Below are positions 37,871 to 49,300 of a stretch of DNA of 64,000 bases, piece after piece; the first letter of the stretch is position 1; the number at the start of each line of letters is the position of its first letter. Origin of the DNA: Guillardia theta CCMP2712 (Eukaryota; Protista; Cryptophyta). Position numbers and translations under genes: made by a program. The notes under the pieces were generated by a model. The model was given only the letters and a program-made list of their open reading frames with translations. It searched no databases and was not told the DNA's origin. The stretch is taken from positions 1 through 64,000 of the forward strand of contig NW_005434555.1 of NCBI RefSeq assembly GCF_000315625.1. The letters are read 5' to 3'.

Positions 37871-39308
37871 TCAGTGGCTGTGAGAGGAGAGGATGACGAA
37901 AGTGAAGAATCCTCCCACGATAGAGAAGAACTTGGCAGTGACGTTGTACGCTACTGACATCTCCTCCACAATCAAATCAACCGCAGCGATGTAGACGAAC
38001 GTCCCCGAGGCCATGCCGTCCAAAACTTGATCGAAGTCAGCCGAAACAAGCGAGCAGTGGAAGGCGGAGAGAGGAGACATGCCCGAGCACACACAACGAC
38101 AACGAAGGAAAGGGAGAGCGAGAGAGGGGTAGAGAAGGAGAACAAGGGGAGAAAGGAGGGAAAGTAGAGAAGGGGATGGGGAGGGGGTGAAGACAAGACA
38201 CTGACTTGCTGTCATCGCCCGCGTCGAGCTCTTCGGGGCTGACTTGTGGAGGGTCCATCCCACGACGATCCCCAGGAGCGACGACGCTGCAAGTCTCGTC
38301 ATGTGTCTCCCGCTCTCACTCCTCTTCCCCTCCCACCAGCAAAGGCGCAGAGGAAGCGCATCGTCGAGCTGAGGGAGGTGCCAGCACGCACGAAGCTGAC
38401 GCCGAGCGAGAACGCCTCGACCCACTTGTGGAGGACGATGGCGAGCCAGAGGAGGAAAGCCTTGTGTGCGTCCGACTGCCCGCCAGGTCTCAGCGAGAGG
38501 GAGCAGGGGCAAGAAAGTTACCTGCACCCCGAGAGCCAACCCGCTCACGAAGGAGTGGAAGGAAAGCACCACTGTGAGGATGAGAGGGAGCAACGGCAGC
38601 TCAGGGTCGAAGGAATGGCTGTGCACTGCGATCATGACCTGTCAGAACTCGTGCAGCAAAGGGCTCGAGACAGCCACCGTGTGCTTTGACTTTGCTCTCG
38701 TCCTCGCCTTGCAAAGTCATCTCCTCATCGTCGGCCTGGTCCTTGGATGGAGGACGCTTCATGAGCACCTGGAGCAGGTGAGAAGGAGGTGCTACTGGTG
38801 CAGAGCAACCTTCTCGAGCAGCAACGTCAGGAGGAAGCCGATCCCGCAGCAGATGAACGCTCCCTTCTCCGGTGACAGGAGGTCCTGCAGCAGGTGGAGG
38901 GAGGAGAACTCGTGCACGGCCTCAGGCAGCAGGTGCGCGATGCCGCATGCCAAGAAGACGCCTGAGCTGAAGTGAGTCCAGCTGGGAGATGAGCTGGAGG
39001 TCACCTGCTGAGAAGGAGTTGGCAAGACTGAGGATACGCGGGTCTCCTCGGAAATATCGTGGAGCCAACCCGAAGCCTATCTTAATGGCAGCGATTGTGA
39101 TAATCGCCAGAAGCAAGAAGGCAAAATCTAGAGACTCTTCTCGATCCTGGGAGGAGTAACGTTTGGTGCTCAGCGAGTACACGTGATGATCGTCGTGGTC
39201 GTGGTCGTGATCGTCGTGGTCATCGTGATCGTGATCGTGATCGTGATCGCCCAACGCGTAGCAGAGCAGAAGTTGAAATGTGAGAAGGAATAGCGAAAAC
39301 TTTGACAT
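37871..39308 (-). CDS. ZIP-family (ZRT/IRT-like) zinc/iron transporter
   Basis: Signal peptide, (HD)n tract, ANSFSA|GVFLACGIAHLLPEA, LSFHSFVSGLALG, HKWVEAFSLG and MASGTFVYIA. Confidence 0.92.
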
Positions 39309-39489
39309 GGCGACGGTCGTTCAAGGGGTCTACTCCGATCTCATCTTGAATAAATCCTGTCTAAAGTTACAGTTAGTGTCGCATGTAAGTGGACAAGCTA
39401 CAGCAACACTGAAATGTATGTACACATCTCCCCGAATGCTTCTATAATACAACGATATGTCATGTTGCCTTCACTTTGCTTCACACCTC

Positions 39490-39780
39490 CTTCTCCTCGC
39501 CTCGCCTCCACTCCCCTCCCCTCTCCTATCTCCTTCTCCTTCCACCTCTCCCCACCTGGTCTCATCTATTTTCTGTATGTCACTCTACTCGCTGCCTCAA
39601 CCCTTCCTCTCCTTCCCTCCCCTTCCCTCGCCTCTCCTCCCCTCTCCTAAATCTCCTCTCCTCCCCTCCCCTCCCCTCTTCTCCCCTCTCCTCTCCTCTC
39701 CTCTCCTCTCCTCTCCTCTCCTCCCCTCTCCTCTCCTCCCCTCATCTCCCCTCCCCTCCTCTCCTCTCCCGCCCAGCCCC
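39490..39780. repeat. CT-rich (CTCCT/CTCTC)n low-complexity tract
   Basis: A pyrimidine-only degenerate pentamer run in the intergenic region. Confidence 0.9.
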
Positions 39781-39980
39781 GTTCCGTCCACGTCTTCGTC
39801 TCCTCGGTTCTTTCCATGTCGTCGCTTCGCTTCGTTCAGCTCGAGCATTACGGTATGATCTAGTGCTGTCCTCTATCGTCATCATTTAAAGCACCTGAGG
39901 CGAGCTTGATTTCTCCGGCAAGAGAAGGGATGCATTGCGAAGTTCGGGAGGAACGACATAGATAGAAGAGATGGTGGGTT

Positions 39981-40017
39981 GAGGTGAGGTGAGGTGAGGT
40001 GAGGTGAGGTGAGGTGA
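39981..40017 (+). repeat. (GAGGT)7 microsatellite just upstream of the LRR gene start
   Basis: Perfect pentamer run. Confidence 0.93.
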
Positions 40018-40028
40018 GAGTAGGGAGC

Positions 40029-42660
40029 ATGTTGAACAAATTTGCACTAGTATGTTGGCTGTCGATGGTGTGGATTGGAGGGAAGAACGGAATTTCTTCC
40101 TCTTCTCCTCAGAATCGCGTTACTGTGTCTACCTCACATTTCAGGATCATGTCCTTACGAGGAGGAGGAGAAGGAGATGTGAATGGTGGAGTACTTTCTG
40201 CTTCATCGGCAAGAGCGCTTCAGGATTCCAGAGGGTTCCTTAAAGCAAGGGAGAGAAATTTAACGAGGATCGACGAGAATTGCGACCAGTTACAGGACGT
40301 GACACGTTTGGACCTGAGCGGCAACATGCTCATAGACCTAGGTGATAGGAATCTTGTGTCACTCGCGCTCACGAGCGAACCAGGTGGGTTCCGAAACGTG
40401 CATACCATCACTTGGTTGGACGCTTCGCGCAACTGCTTCTTGACCGACAAGCCCCTCATGGGCATGGGGTCGCTCAAGGTCCTCAATGTCGGGCACAACA
40501 ACATTTCTCGACTGCAGTATGTGGGGACATGCAAGCAGCTGAGGGCTCTGATAGCAAACAACAACGAGATCTTTGACGTGGACGAACTGGACTATGAAGG
40601 ATCCCTTCCGTTCCTCGAGTCACTCCTGCTCTCCTCGAATCAGTGAGTACGAGACAAGGCGTGAGCTGCTGCTATCCTTGATCTCTTGTTGACCCCTTGG
40701 GTTTTAATCCCTTGTTGACCCCCTGTTGACCTCTTGTTGGTTCCTTGAAATCTCTTGTCAACCTCTTGTTGATTCCTTCGTCCCAGATTCCGAAAGTTTC
40801 CAACCAAGTTCTTCAAACATTTCCCAAAGCTTAAGAAGATTTCTCTCTCTCATAATCGCCTTTCCAAGTTCCCAGAGATCCAGACGAACAAAGATTTGCA
40901 AGTAACCTGCAACGATTCTGATGATCAGACTCGCTCTTGATGAGATTTGGGCAGGAGCTACGGTTGGCTTATAACAAGATCAAGGAGATTCCGCTAGGAT
41001 ATTTCAGCAGTGACCTGCAGATTCTTGACTTGGGCCATAACAGAATTTCCAACATGTCTGGGATCATGGTTTGCTACATTCTCTGTGTGCAATCGTACAT
41101 CTGAATGTCCACCAGGCGCTCAAAGGGTGTAAAATGCTCCGCAACCTCAACCTGGCTGGTAACTTGCTCCTGAAAACTTCAAATTTGTGTGAAAGCATGC
41201 GAAAGGAAATCCGATTTGCAATGTGTCAAGCTATCGAGATACTGTGATCAACATGTGCAAGAGACTTGAGGTAAGGCTCAGTTGACCTGACTCTTTCACT
41301 GATCTCCCTGTCAAGATTCTCGATGGCAAAAAACTCGCTGAGAGGGAGGGTGGAAAGTCCTCGCGCGGTTTAAACAGGAAAGAAGATCCTAGAGAAGTGT
41401 TTATGAGCAACTTGCCATACTCGGCTTCTGAGTCCGACATTAAGCAGTTTTTCTCCGATCTTGGATGGGTGCTTTGACTTAGCTATCCCTCAACATGTTC
41501 TGAATTTCTTTCATTGGTTAACAGAAAGCTGTTGTTAAGATCCACCTGCTCAGACAACGCAAACCCAAGCGACCCGACGAGAGTCTCCGATCGAAAGGAG
41601 TTGCCTTCGTTAAGTTCCGGACAGCGGAACTTGCAGAACGAGCGATCTTGGGCTTCAACAATCGAAGCATGGGGGTGGAAGGAAGCCGAGGAGAAGGAGC
41701 GATCGTACGGCAGATCTATCTACGACCATCATGGAGGGACGTGCATGGAAAACCGACTCGGAAGGTATAGGCTGGTCAGAGGGAAATCATGGAGGTCAAC
41801 ACCATTGTTGCAGGTCGAGCATTCAGATGAAGACGAAGCAAGCGATGAGATGGATACTGGGGACAGAGAGGCGCCTCAGTCAGCTGACGGGGAGATAGAA
41901 GAGGTGAAGTCCTCTCCCCTCAAACCCTTCTCACTTGGTCTTCAGATGAGATCGGAGAGCCCAGAAGCCAGTGAAAGAGTCGGCCAAGGCAGCGAGCAAA
42001 AGTTCGAACTCTAGACGCTGACCTGCCATTTATCCTAACTCCAAGGACAGGTACGGAGAGTACGAATCAGAGGATCTCGAAGATATTCCTACTCGTGTAC
42101 AAGAAAAGCCTGCTGTTGCTCACAACTTTGTGGTACAAGACATCCAGCAAAGTGAGACCAGCTGTGTGTTTGAATGCTTGAATTTTGTTGTTTCGTCTTT
42201 TATTGACTTGAAATGGCACGTAGAGGAGAAGAGTGAGAAGAAGCCTAAATCACTGAAAAGATCAAAAAATCTAAAGGTGACTACAAGAATGTGCAAGACG
42301 CAATCCTCTCATGTATCAGCAGACTAAAGTTCGTACACATCTTCAAAAATGAAATCATCGGCCACCAAGCAAGTAGCGAGGAGAAGGAGGGTTGCTCAGC
42401 TAGCCCTGGAAGTGCGCCGCGTCGATGTGCGAGGAGAAGAGAGCTGCTTGGGTGGTGTGAAACGCGGCGAGGTCGGGGTTCAATCCAGATGCGAGCAGAC
42501 TGTCAAAGGAATGAGCCGTTAAGTCCGGGGTCCCAAAAGTCAGATGATGCCCTATGGACCCTGGCAGAGCTTGACCAGACGCCAAATGTATGCCGGGGGA
42601 AGACTCAGGAAACAAGTAGCTGCTCGACACGTTCAAGTTGTCAGTCAGAATCATCTCTGA
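40029..42660 (+). CDS. SDS22-like leucine-rich-repeat protein with an RRM domain and a signal-peptide/LRGG leader
   Basis: LRRs LDLSGN, LDASRN, LNVGHNNI, LIANNNEI, LRLAYNKI and LDLGHNRI. RRM RNP2 VFMSNL and RNP1 KGVAFVKF. Charged C-terminal tail; end approximate. Confidence 0.8.
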
Positions 42661-45183
42661 GTTGATGAAGGTGTAACACGCTGGATCCACCACCATGGCT
42701 CCAGATGATGTCGCTGCGACTTCTCTCCCCTGCGGATGATGCGTATGCTCCTGCACGTGCGAGACGGGAGTTGCAAGCTGCCCGATGAGCGGATACACCA
42801 GCAGGTGGTTCACCGAGGAGAGGTCAGCTCCGTAAGTCTCGCGCAACTTCTGGTTGAGAAGATCGTCTTTGCCTTTGTAGAACTCGAGGACTTGCTGCTA
42901 GCACGATCAGGACTGACTCAGGATGAGGTTGGAGCACCTGAATCTTTTGAATCTGCACAGGATTGTAGATCTTGTAGAAGTGAAAGAGAGCCTGAAACAG
43001 AGTGATGTAGTGGATCGCCTCCATCTCAATCGCTGCTTGATCATACAGGTGCTGCAGGTGACAAATCAAACTACGGTTTAAAGACCGTACACACAATACT
43101 TTGATAGAGCTCTGCGTGCCGTTCAATCCTCCCATTGAGATATCCGCCCAATCCGCTGCTTGACCAACCCGCTGTGCCCCATTCGTACCTTTCGCTGATG
43201 CAGTTGCAGCTACATCACGAAGAATCAGGGGGGGCATAGCAGAGTCTCATCAAGACCTGAGTAGCTTCCATTCAGATCAGCGTTGTACCTCTTGCGCAAA
43301 GACTCGTTCAAGTCTTCCAGTCGGCCTGCACGGCATGTCATTCTCACACCTGAGACTGTGCCAGCGAGCGACACCTTCGAATTGATCCAGAAGAGAGCCG
43401 ATTGTGTCTATCTTTGAAATGTTGTGAACACGATAGAACTCAATCAGCATTGTTCCTATTCGACTTCGCCTATCCAGACTCTCGAGAAGATCTGCACATT
43501 TTGACAAATAATCCTTGCTCGATTTATCATGAGAGTCCTTGGAATGATGAGCCACGACGGAGTTCAGAGATTCAATGGCTTCTAGCGTTTGTGCGGCAGT
43601 CGGTCGCAACCTATTGAGATGTCAACTTGCAGAGGCTGGAGGGTTCAGATTCATACGAGGGGTGCTGCATTTGCAGAAGCGAAAAGAGTTTCTGATAGAG
43701 TTTCCTGACATCTTCTGGTAAGCCCTTCAGTGCGTGATCAGTTGGCAATGGAAGCCCTACAGTTTACAGCATCTGTCAATATAAAGCACACTTCCCGATG
43801 ATCTGCATTGCAACCTTTCTCGTTGATTGCAGTGCGAAGAGAGTTCATAGTGTTTGGAATGTCTGAGTACGGTGGCATTTCCATAGCAATCTCCCACATG
43901 ATGACACCATACGCCCAGACATCTACTTTCAGAGAAAGACAGCTCCCATTGATCTGCTCTGGGGCCATCCAAGGGGGGCTCCCTATCGAAATCAACAGTT
44001 AGCTGTAGACAAGAGCTATCCCTCCCGATCAACCTGATATCGTGGAAGAATTATAGCTGAGGAAACAAATGAAGGTGATTGTCAATATTGGACCAAGAAA
44101 ATTGCTATCAATGTCACCTCTCATGCTGCAACTTTCTTGCACATCCGAAATCAGCAATCTTCACCTTTCCTTCGTCTGCCACGTAACCAACCTGAGTGTC
44201 TGGAAACTTTCAGCAACGATTATGACCTGTTAAAAGAATATTCTTCGAGCTCAAATCTCGATGAACGATATTTTTTGAGTGTAGGTAAGCAATCTTGAAC
44301 ATAAGATTAGTCATCAAAATTTGGTGAAAGCTTATGGAATACCCCAGTAGCTAGGTCTCTAAGCATTGACATCTTTTGAAATGCAGAAATCTTATGTTTT
44401 TTGTTTTCGTTAATCAACCTATACAAGTTTCCTCCACCACATAATTCGAAGATCTGCATCGAGCAGCATGACCACAACTAATATTGGCAATGACATGTAG
44501 TTACCAGGCCAATAGAGAGTTTGTTGCAATCCTCTTCGTCTTTAGGAAGAGTTAAAGTAGAGCCCATGAAGGCTACAACGCTAAAGTCTCATAGTTATCG
44601 TTGATGCTTGCAGAGATCATGTTAACCTGGGATGGCGCAGCTGAGTGATAATTTCCAGTTCTAGTGACAAATCTCGAATAAGTTGAGGAAGCGATCTTCC
44701 TGACCCTGCCGTCTATGCATCGATGGGCGTCAGATCTAATCGCATGAAATACGCGTTTACCGGTTTAAGATATTTAACTGCAACTGGACTCCCATGAAAC
44801 ATAGCTTTTTCAATGGACTAAAGCAATTTTCTTCGTTAGTGACACCAAAGCAAAGTGTCTGAAGTCCTTACGCCAAATGCTCCACTATCAAGATTTTCTC
44901 CTCCGTTTATGCTGGAATTGGGGACAGCAACTCCAAGAAGTCTTCAAATCAGATTAGTGATGTAGTTGATGTCAAGCCATCCATCAGTAATCAAGGCGCA
45001 CGAAAACACACCAATTCAATCATGTTCTCTATTTCCATTTGTCTCTACACGAGCAAATCAAAAGTCGAATTCTTACGTTGTGATGACGGATACAAATTCT
45101 TGAAGCTGTTCTCCATTAAACTCTCTGCTCTTCTCTGCCCATCGTAATGCTTTTGCCATCGTTGCTTCCAGTTCCAACGACAT
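42650..45183 (-). CDS. TKL-group (Raf/MLK-like) Ser/Thr protein kinase
   Basis: Spliced motifs SGAFG, AVKYLK, LRHP, HRDLSSKNILL, KIADFG, GSPPWMAPE and DVWAYGVIMWE over many short exons. Confidence 0.9.
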
Positions 45184-46388
45184 GGCGTCGACTTCTAAAA
45201 ACGCCTACCCCTGCTAGAAACATAACCCCCGTTTTTGATATTGACACACCCGGTCCGTCTCAGGCTAGGGTTCCTGTTACTTCCACCACCCCCTTCCACC
45301 GCCACCTTCCCCGCCAAACTTTCAAATTTCACACAACCCCTACCCCCTAGGGACAACTTCTTTCTACCCTCCCTACAGCAAATTCTCTCGACTACCCTGT
45401 GGGCAACAATGATTGGGACCCCTACCCCAGCTATCAAGCTCCACTTGTCCCTCATCTCCTCACTGCCCTCCCAGTAATCGGGCCAGGCACAGCAGGCTCA
45501 GCCTGAGTCACAACAGCCGGCCAATCGGGCCACAAAGGTTGTCGGATTCATCGCCCTCATTCCACTCAACTACCACCTCGTCCACTATGACCCCCCCCCC
45601 CCCCCCCCTGGTCTCCCACTTCCGATATTCCATGTACCCACCCACCCCTCGGAGCTCTCGCCATTGGCTACAGATTGGCTACAGTACACCTCGCCCTTCA
45701 GAAGGCTTGAAGTTTGACTTGGCAACTTGATAGAAGAATCTTTACCTGTCTGTACCCCCTCCTGAAGTTGAATCTCGCAACCCCCCAACACAACTACCAC
45801 CCCCCTTCTATGAGGTTATCGAATGGTAATGACCACCCCACCTCTACATCGATTGTAAGGGTTGGAGTGCAATGTTCTGAGGCGAGGTCCTTCGGTCTAA
45901 AAAGGGGGGTCGGAGGAATTTGAAGGGGTTACTACCGGTATGCACCTGGTAAGAAGAAGGGGTCATATGAAGGAAGGGCGGGGAAAAGCGAACGATCGAT
46001 CTCTTCCTGAGGGGTCCTCGAGACGGAAAAAGCGGGGTAGGCCGCAAGACTCTCAGGGGTGGGCTTTGCTTCAGGGGGTCGTGTGAGGGAGACAATAGGG
46101 GTAGGGTCCATCTGCTTCAAATCTCAAGGAAGTGAAGCTTTCGGCACGAAGCAGCACAGTTAGAGGAGATGGTAGTACACAACATGCAGAGCGAGAAAAG
46201 GATGGAAGATTCTCATAGAGCATCGCCTCACAGCTCTCCTGATTATACCCGAATCTCATGCCACATAGCGACTCGCTTCTTGCTGGTACTCTTGATTGAA
46301 ATCTGACGGTGAATTGGCAGTGCCATGACTTCCTGGGCTGAAATGAAACTCCAAGCAAACCCAAGATAAGTTCAGATTGACCTGAATC

Positions 46389-49300
46389 ATGCAAGACGAA
46401 TTGTGTTCTGTCTGCGAAGAGTACATCGCAGAATTTTTTTGTCACAAATGCGACAGGAAAATATGCGTGGTATACACCATGAGATAGTTTTGCAAAATGA
46501 TTCACATGAAAACTCTTGCAGGAATGTGATGAGGTGATCCATCTTATTCCTGAAAAAACTGTGCATCAGCGAGTGTCACTTCGTGGAAAGGGAGCCAATC
46601 AGTCGATCAATGCTGGGTTAGCAATTTTTACTTGTCAAACTCCTTGTTGACAAACTTGCTGCAGGCAAATGCCGTCTGATCGATACGGTTATTTGTTGAA
46701 TTTTCTGACAAAACTTCTCATATGCTATTTAGGTCACAACCAATCCCAGAATGTCTCTTATCAACAGTATACTCCTAGCAAGCCTGCATCTGACCTGACA
46801 AAATATGGTGCGGACTCAAAGATCTCTCACTACCCACTAACTTGCAAGTAGGAAATCGTGCAGACAGCATTGGATATGGCAGATCTCCGCATGATACAAG
46901 AATGGGCGGAGGGTATTTTCATGTTTCATTCCCGTTGGAACATTTCTTTTTGACCTCTGCTTCAAGAGATGCCAAGTTCCAGCAGCAATTGAATGAGACG
47001 CTCAATCAGAATTGGACTGAGTTCCAGCAAATGACAAGTGGCCACTATGGCCAGGCACACTTGAGTGCTGAGGAAAACTCGGTGCCTGAACAGGTCAAAA
47101 TCAAATGGGAAAGAATTTCTTGAGATTGATACAATATCTCAGGTCTATGGAAGGCAGAGTTTGGTGGAGATTGAGAGGCCTCAATCGACAAAAGCCGTCG
47201 AAGATCAAATGCCATCAATGCTCGACTATTACAAAGCAGGTAACGCTAATAGCCGAATGTGAATGAAGTGAAAGTGAATGCAGGGCAAAATACCGACGTT
47301 TACAACGAGAATAGCGCGTATCATGACGACCAGGATTCGTTTGAAGAATGCTTCGATGATGTATATCTGTGTCTGACCTCGCCGATACCGCACTGACGGG
47401 AGATGCAAGGTACCTTGGGAGCCGCCCGATGATGATGACGACGACGACAACTCCAAACCGCTTGCCCCTCCTCCATCCAATCTTGGATACAACAAATCAG
47501 AAGTTCAGCAACAAAAATCCAACGATCCAACTGCCGAAGCTAAGGAGCAGTACTCCGCAATGCCCACAATTGGCACTTCACCTACGGCAGAATCTGAAAA
47601 TGCTCAGAAACCAGCAGCAGCTTTGGTTGCAGCGGGAATGACTGGTCTGGAAAAAAATTCAACGGTCCAAATGGTTCACTAAATTTCAAGGCAAATAATT
47701 TTATGTTGACAGGTTCCTGATGACGCTTTAGCAAAGCTCAAAGATACCCAAAGCTCTCCAAATGAGCGATCTCCGGCCTCTGGTGTCCATGCTGACTCAA
47801 ATCAGCTGCGGCAAAAATTTGTGCAGGTATCTTTGAGGACTACAGCTAAACTTTGGCTCACGTTCGGTTGTATTCAGAGAGGAGCAGCGAGTTTTGTTGC
47901 ACAGCTTCGAGATACAAAAGACAATTCTGACATGCTTGTATCCTTGATTTTGACAAAGGAGATGCTTTTGGTTGCACAGAAACCAAGGTTCGTGACTGGA
48001 CTAGAAAGCATTTGTACACTGACTTCAAGTTTTTGTTTCAGCTATAAGACCCTTTTCACCCTAAAGTTTACGGCGGGAATCAAAGCTTTTCCAGTACCAA
48101 GAGACCAGAATGGAGTGATTGTCATATCCTCTGAGCTTCAAGAACCTCTCGTTTTTGGTTGTGGACAGGTCAGGGAACAGGATTGGATATTTGATCATTC
48201 CATTAAAGCCTTTTCAGGCCAAACTCTTTCAAGAGACTCTCGAGGCGTTTGTTACTCTCAGCGGCTGCTCAAATCCAAATCCTCTTAATCGACCTCAGGT
48301 CAGTCCTGTTCTACGATCCAGAGGTCCTGATTTTGTCAAAGATGGTTGCCCCGGGCATCATGAATGTTATTGAAGTCGAACCAAAAGCTGGAGGTTGTTT
48401 TGGAGTCAACGTTTGACTTACATGACATGAGCTACAGAACAATCTGGAGCAGCAGGTCAAGTTCTTTCATCAGACAAGAAGGCTGGAGATTCATCATCAG
48501 CATCGCAATCAAACGCAAAAGTACCACCTCCTGGTCAAGCGGTTGCTTCTCCTCCTCCTCCACCACCACCTCCTCCGCCGGCTGTTGGAGGTAGCGAAGA
48601 TCTCAATATTTATTCGTTTCTTGCTGACACCATTCGACCATCAGGTCCACCACCACCACCGCCTCCTCCTCCGCCTCCTCCTCCAGCTGGCGGAGGTGAT
48701 TTGACAGAAACCGTGAGAGCTTCTCTGATGCTCGCGGATAGCAGGACCTCCTGCCCCACCACCACCCCCTCCCCCACCTCCTGCCGGTGGAGCTGGGCCC
48801 CCGCCCCCGCCCCCGCCCCCGCCTCCGCCTGGAGGAAAAGGAGGTCCTCCGCCTCCTCCGCCTCCTCCGCCTCCTCCGCCTCCAGGTGAATTGAAGCTGA
48901 GCAATCTTCAAGCACTGACTGGTAGACGTTGTAGGTGGCGGACCTCCCCCCCCACCTCCTCCCCCAGGACAAGGCCCTCCTCCGCCTCCGCCTCCTGCTG
49001 GCCTGAAGCCAGGTCAAGGGAATGCATCAGTAAGGAGCAATTTGCGAGGAAGTAGCTATCGTGATAAGGAACGCAGGTTCCTGGATTACGACCAAAGGAA
49101 AAGAAGCAGCCTGGGAAACGAGTCAAGCAACTGCACTGGATCAAATTGAATGAGGTGACTCATGACTCTCGAATGAAGAGCTAGAACCTTGACACTTACA
49201 TTCAGAGGAAAGTGCCAGGAACCATATGGGAGAGTATGAAAGATGAGGAGATTGGGTTGGAGATCGAACAGGTCGAGACATTGTTTGGAGTTAAAGTTGT

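Noticed and set aside
47980-47987. Possible 8-nt microexon in the formin
   Set aside because: The upstream candidate intron is also open in frame, so it cannot be distinguished without cDNA.
48603-49017. Gly-rich or Arg-rich minus-strand ORFs
   Set aside because: Antisense of the formin FH1 polyproline exons.
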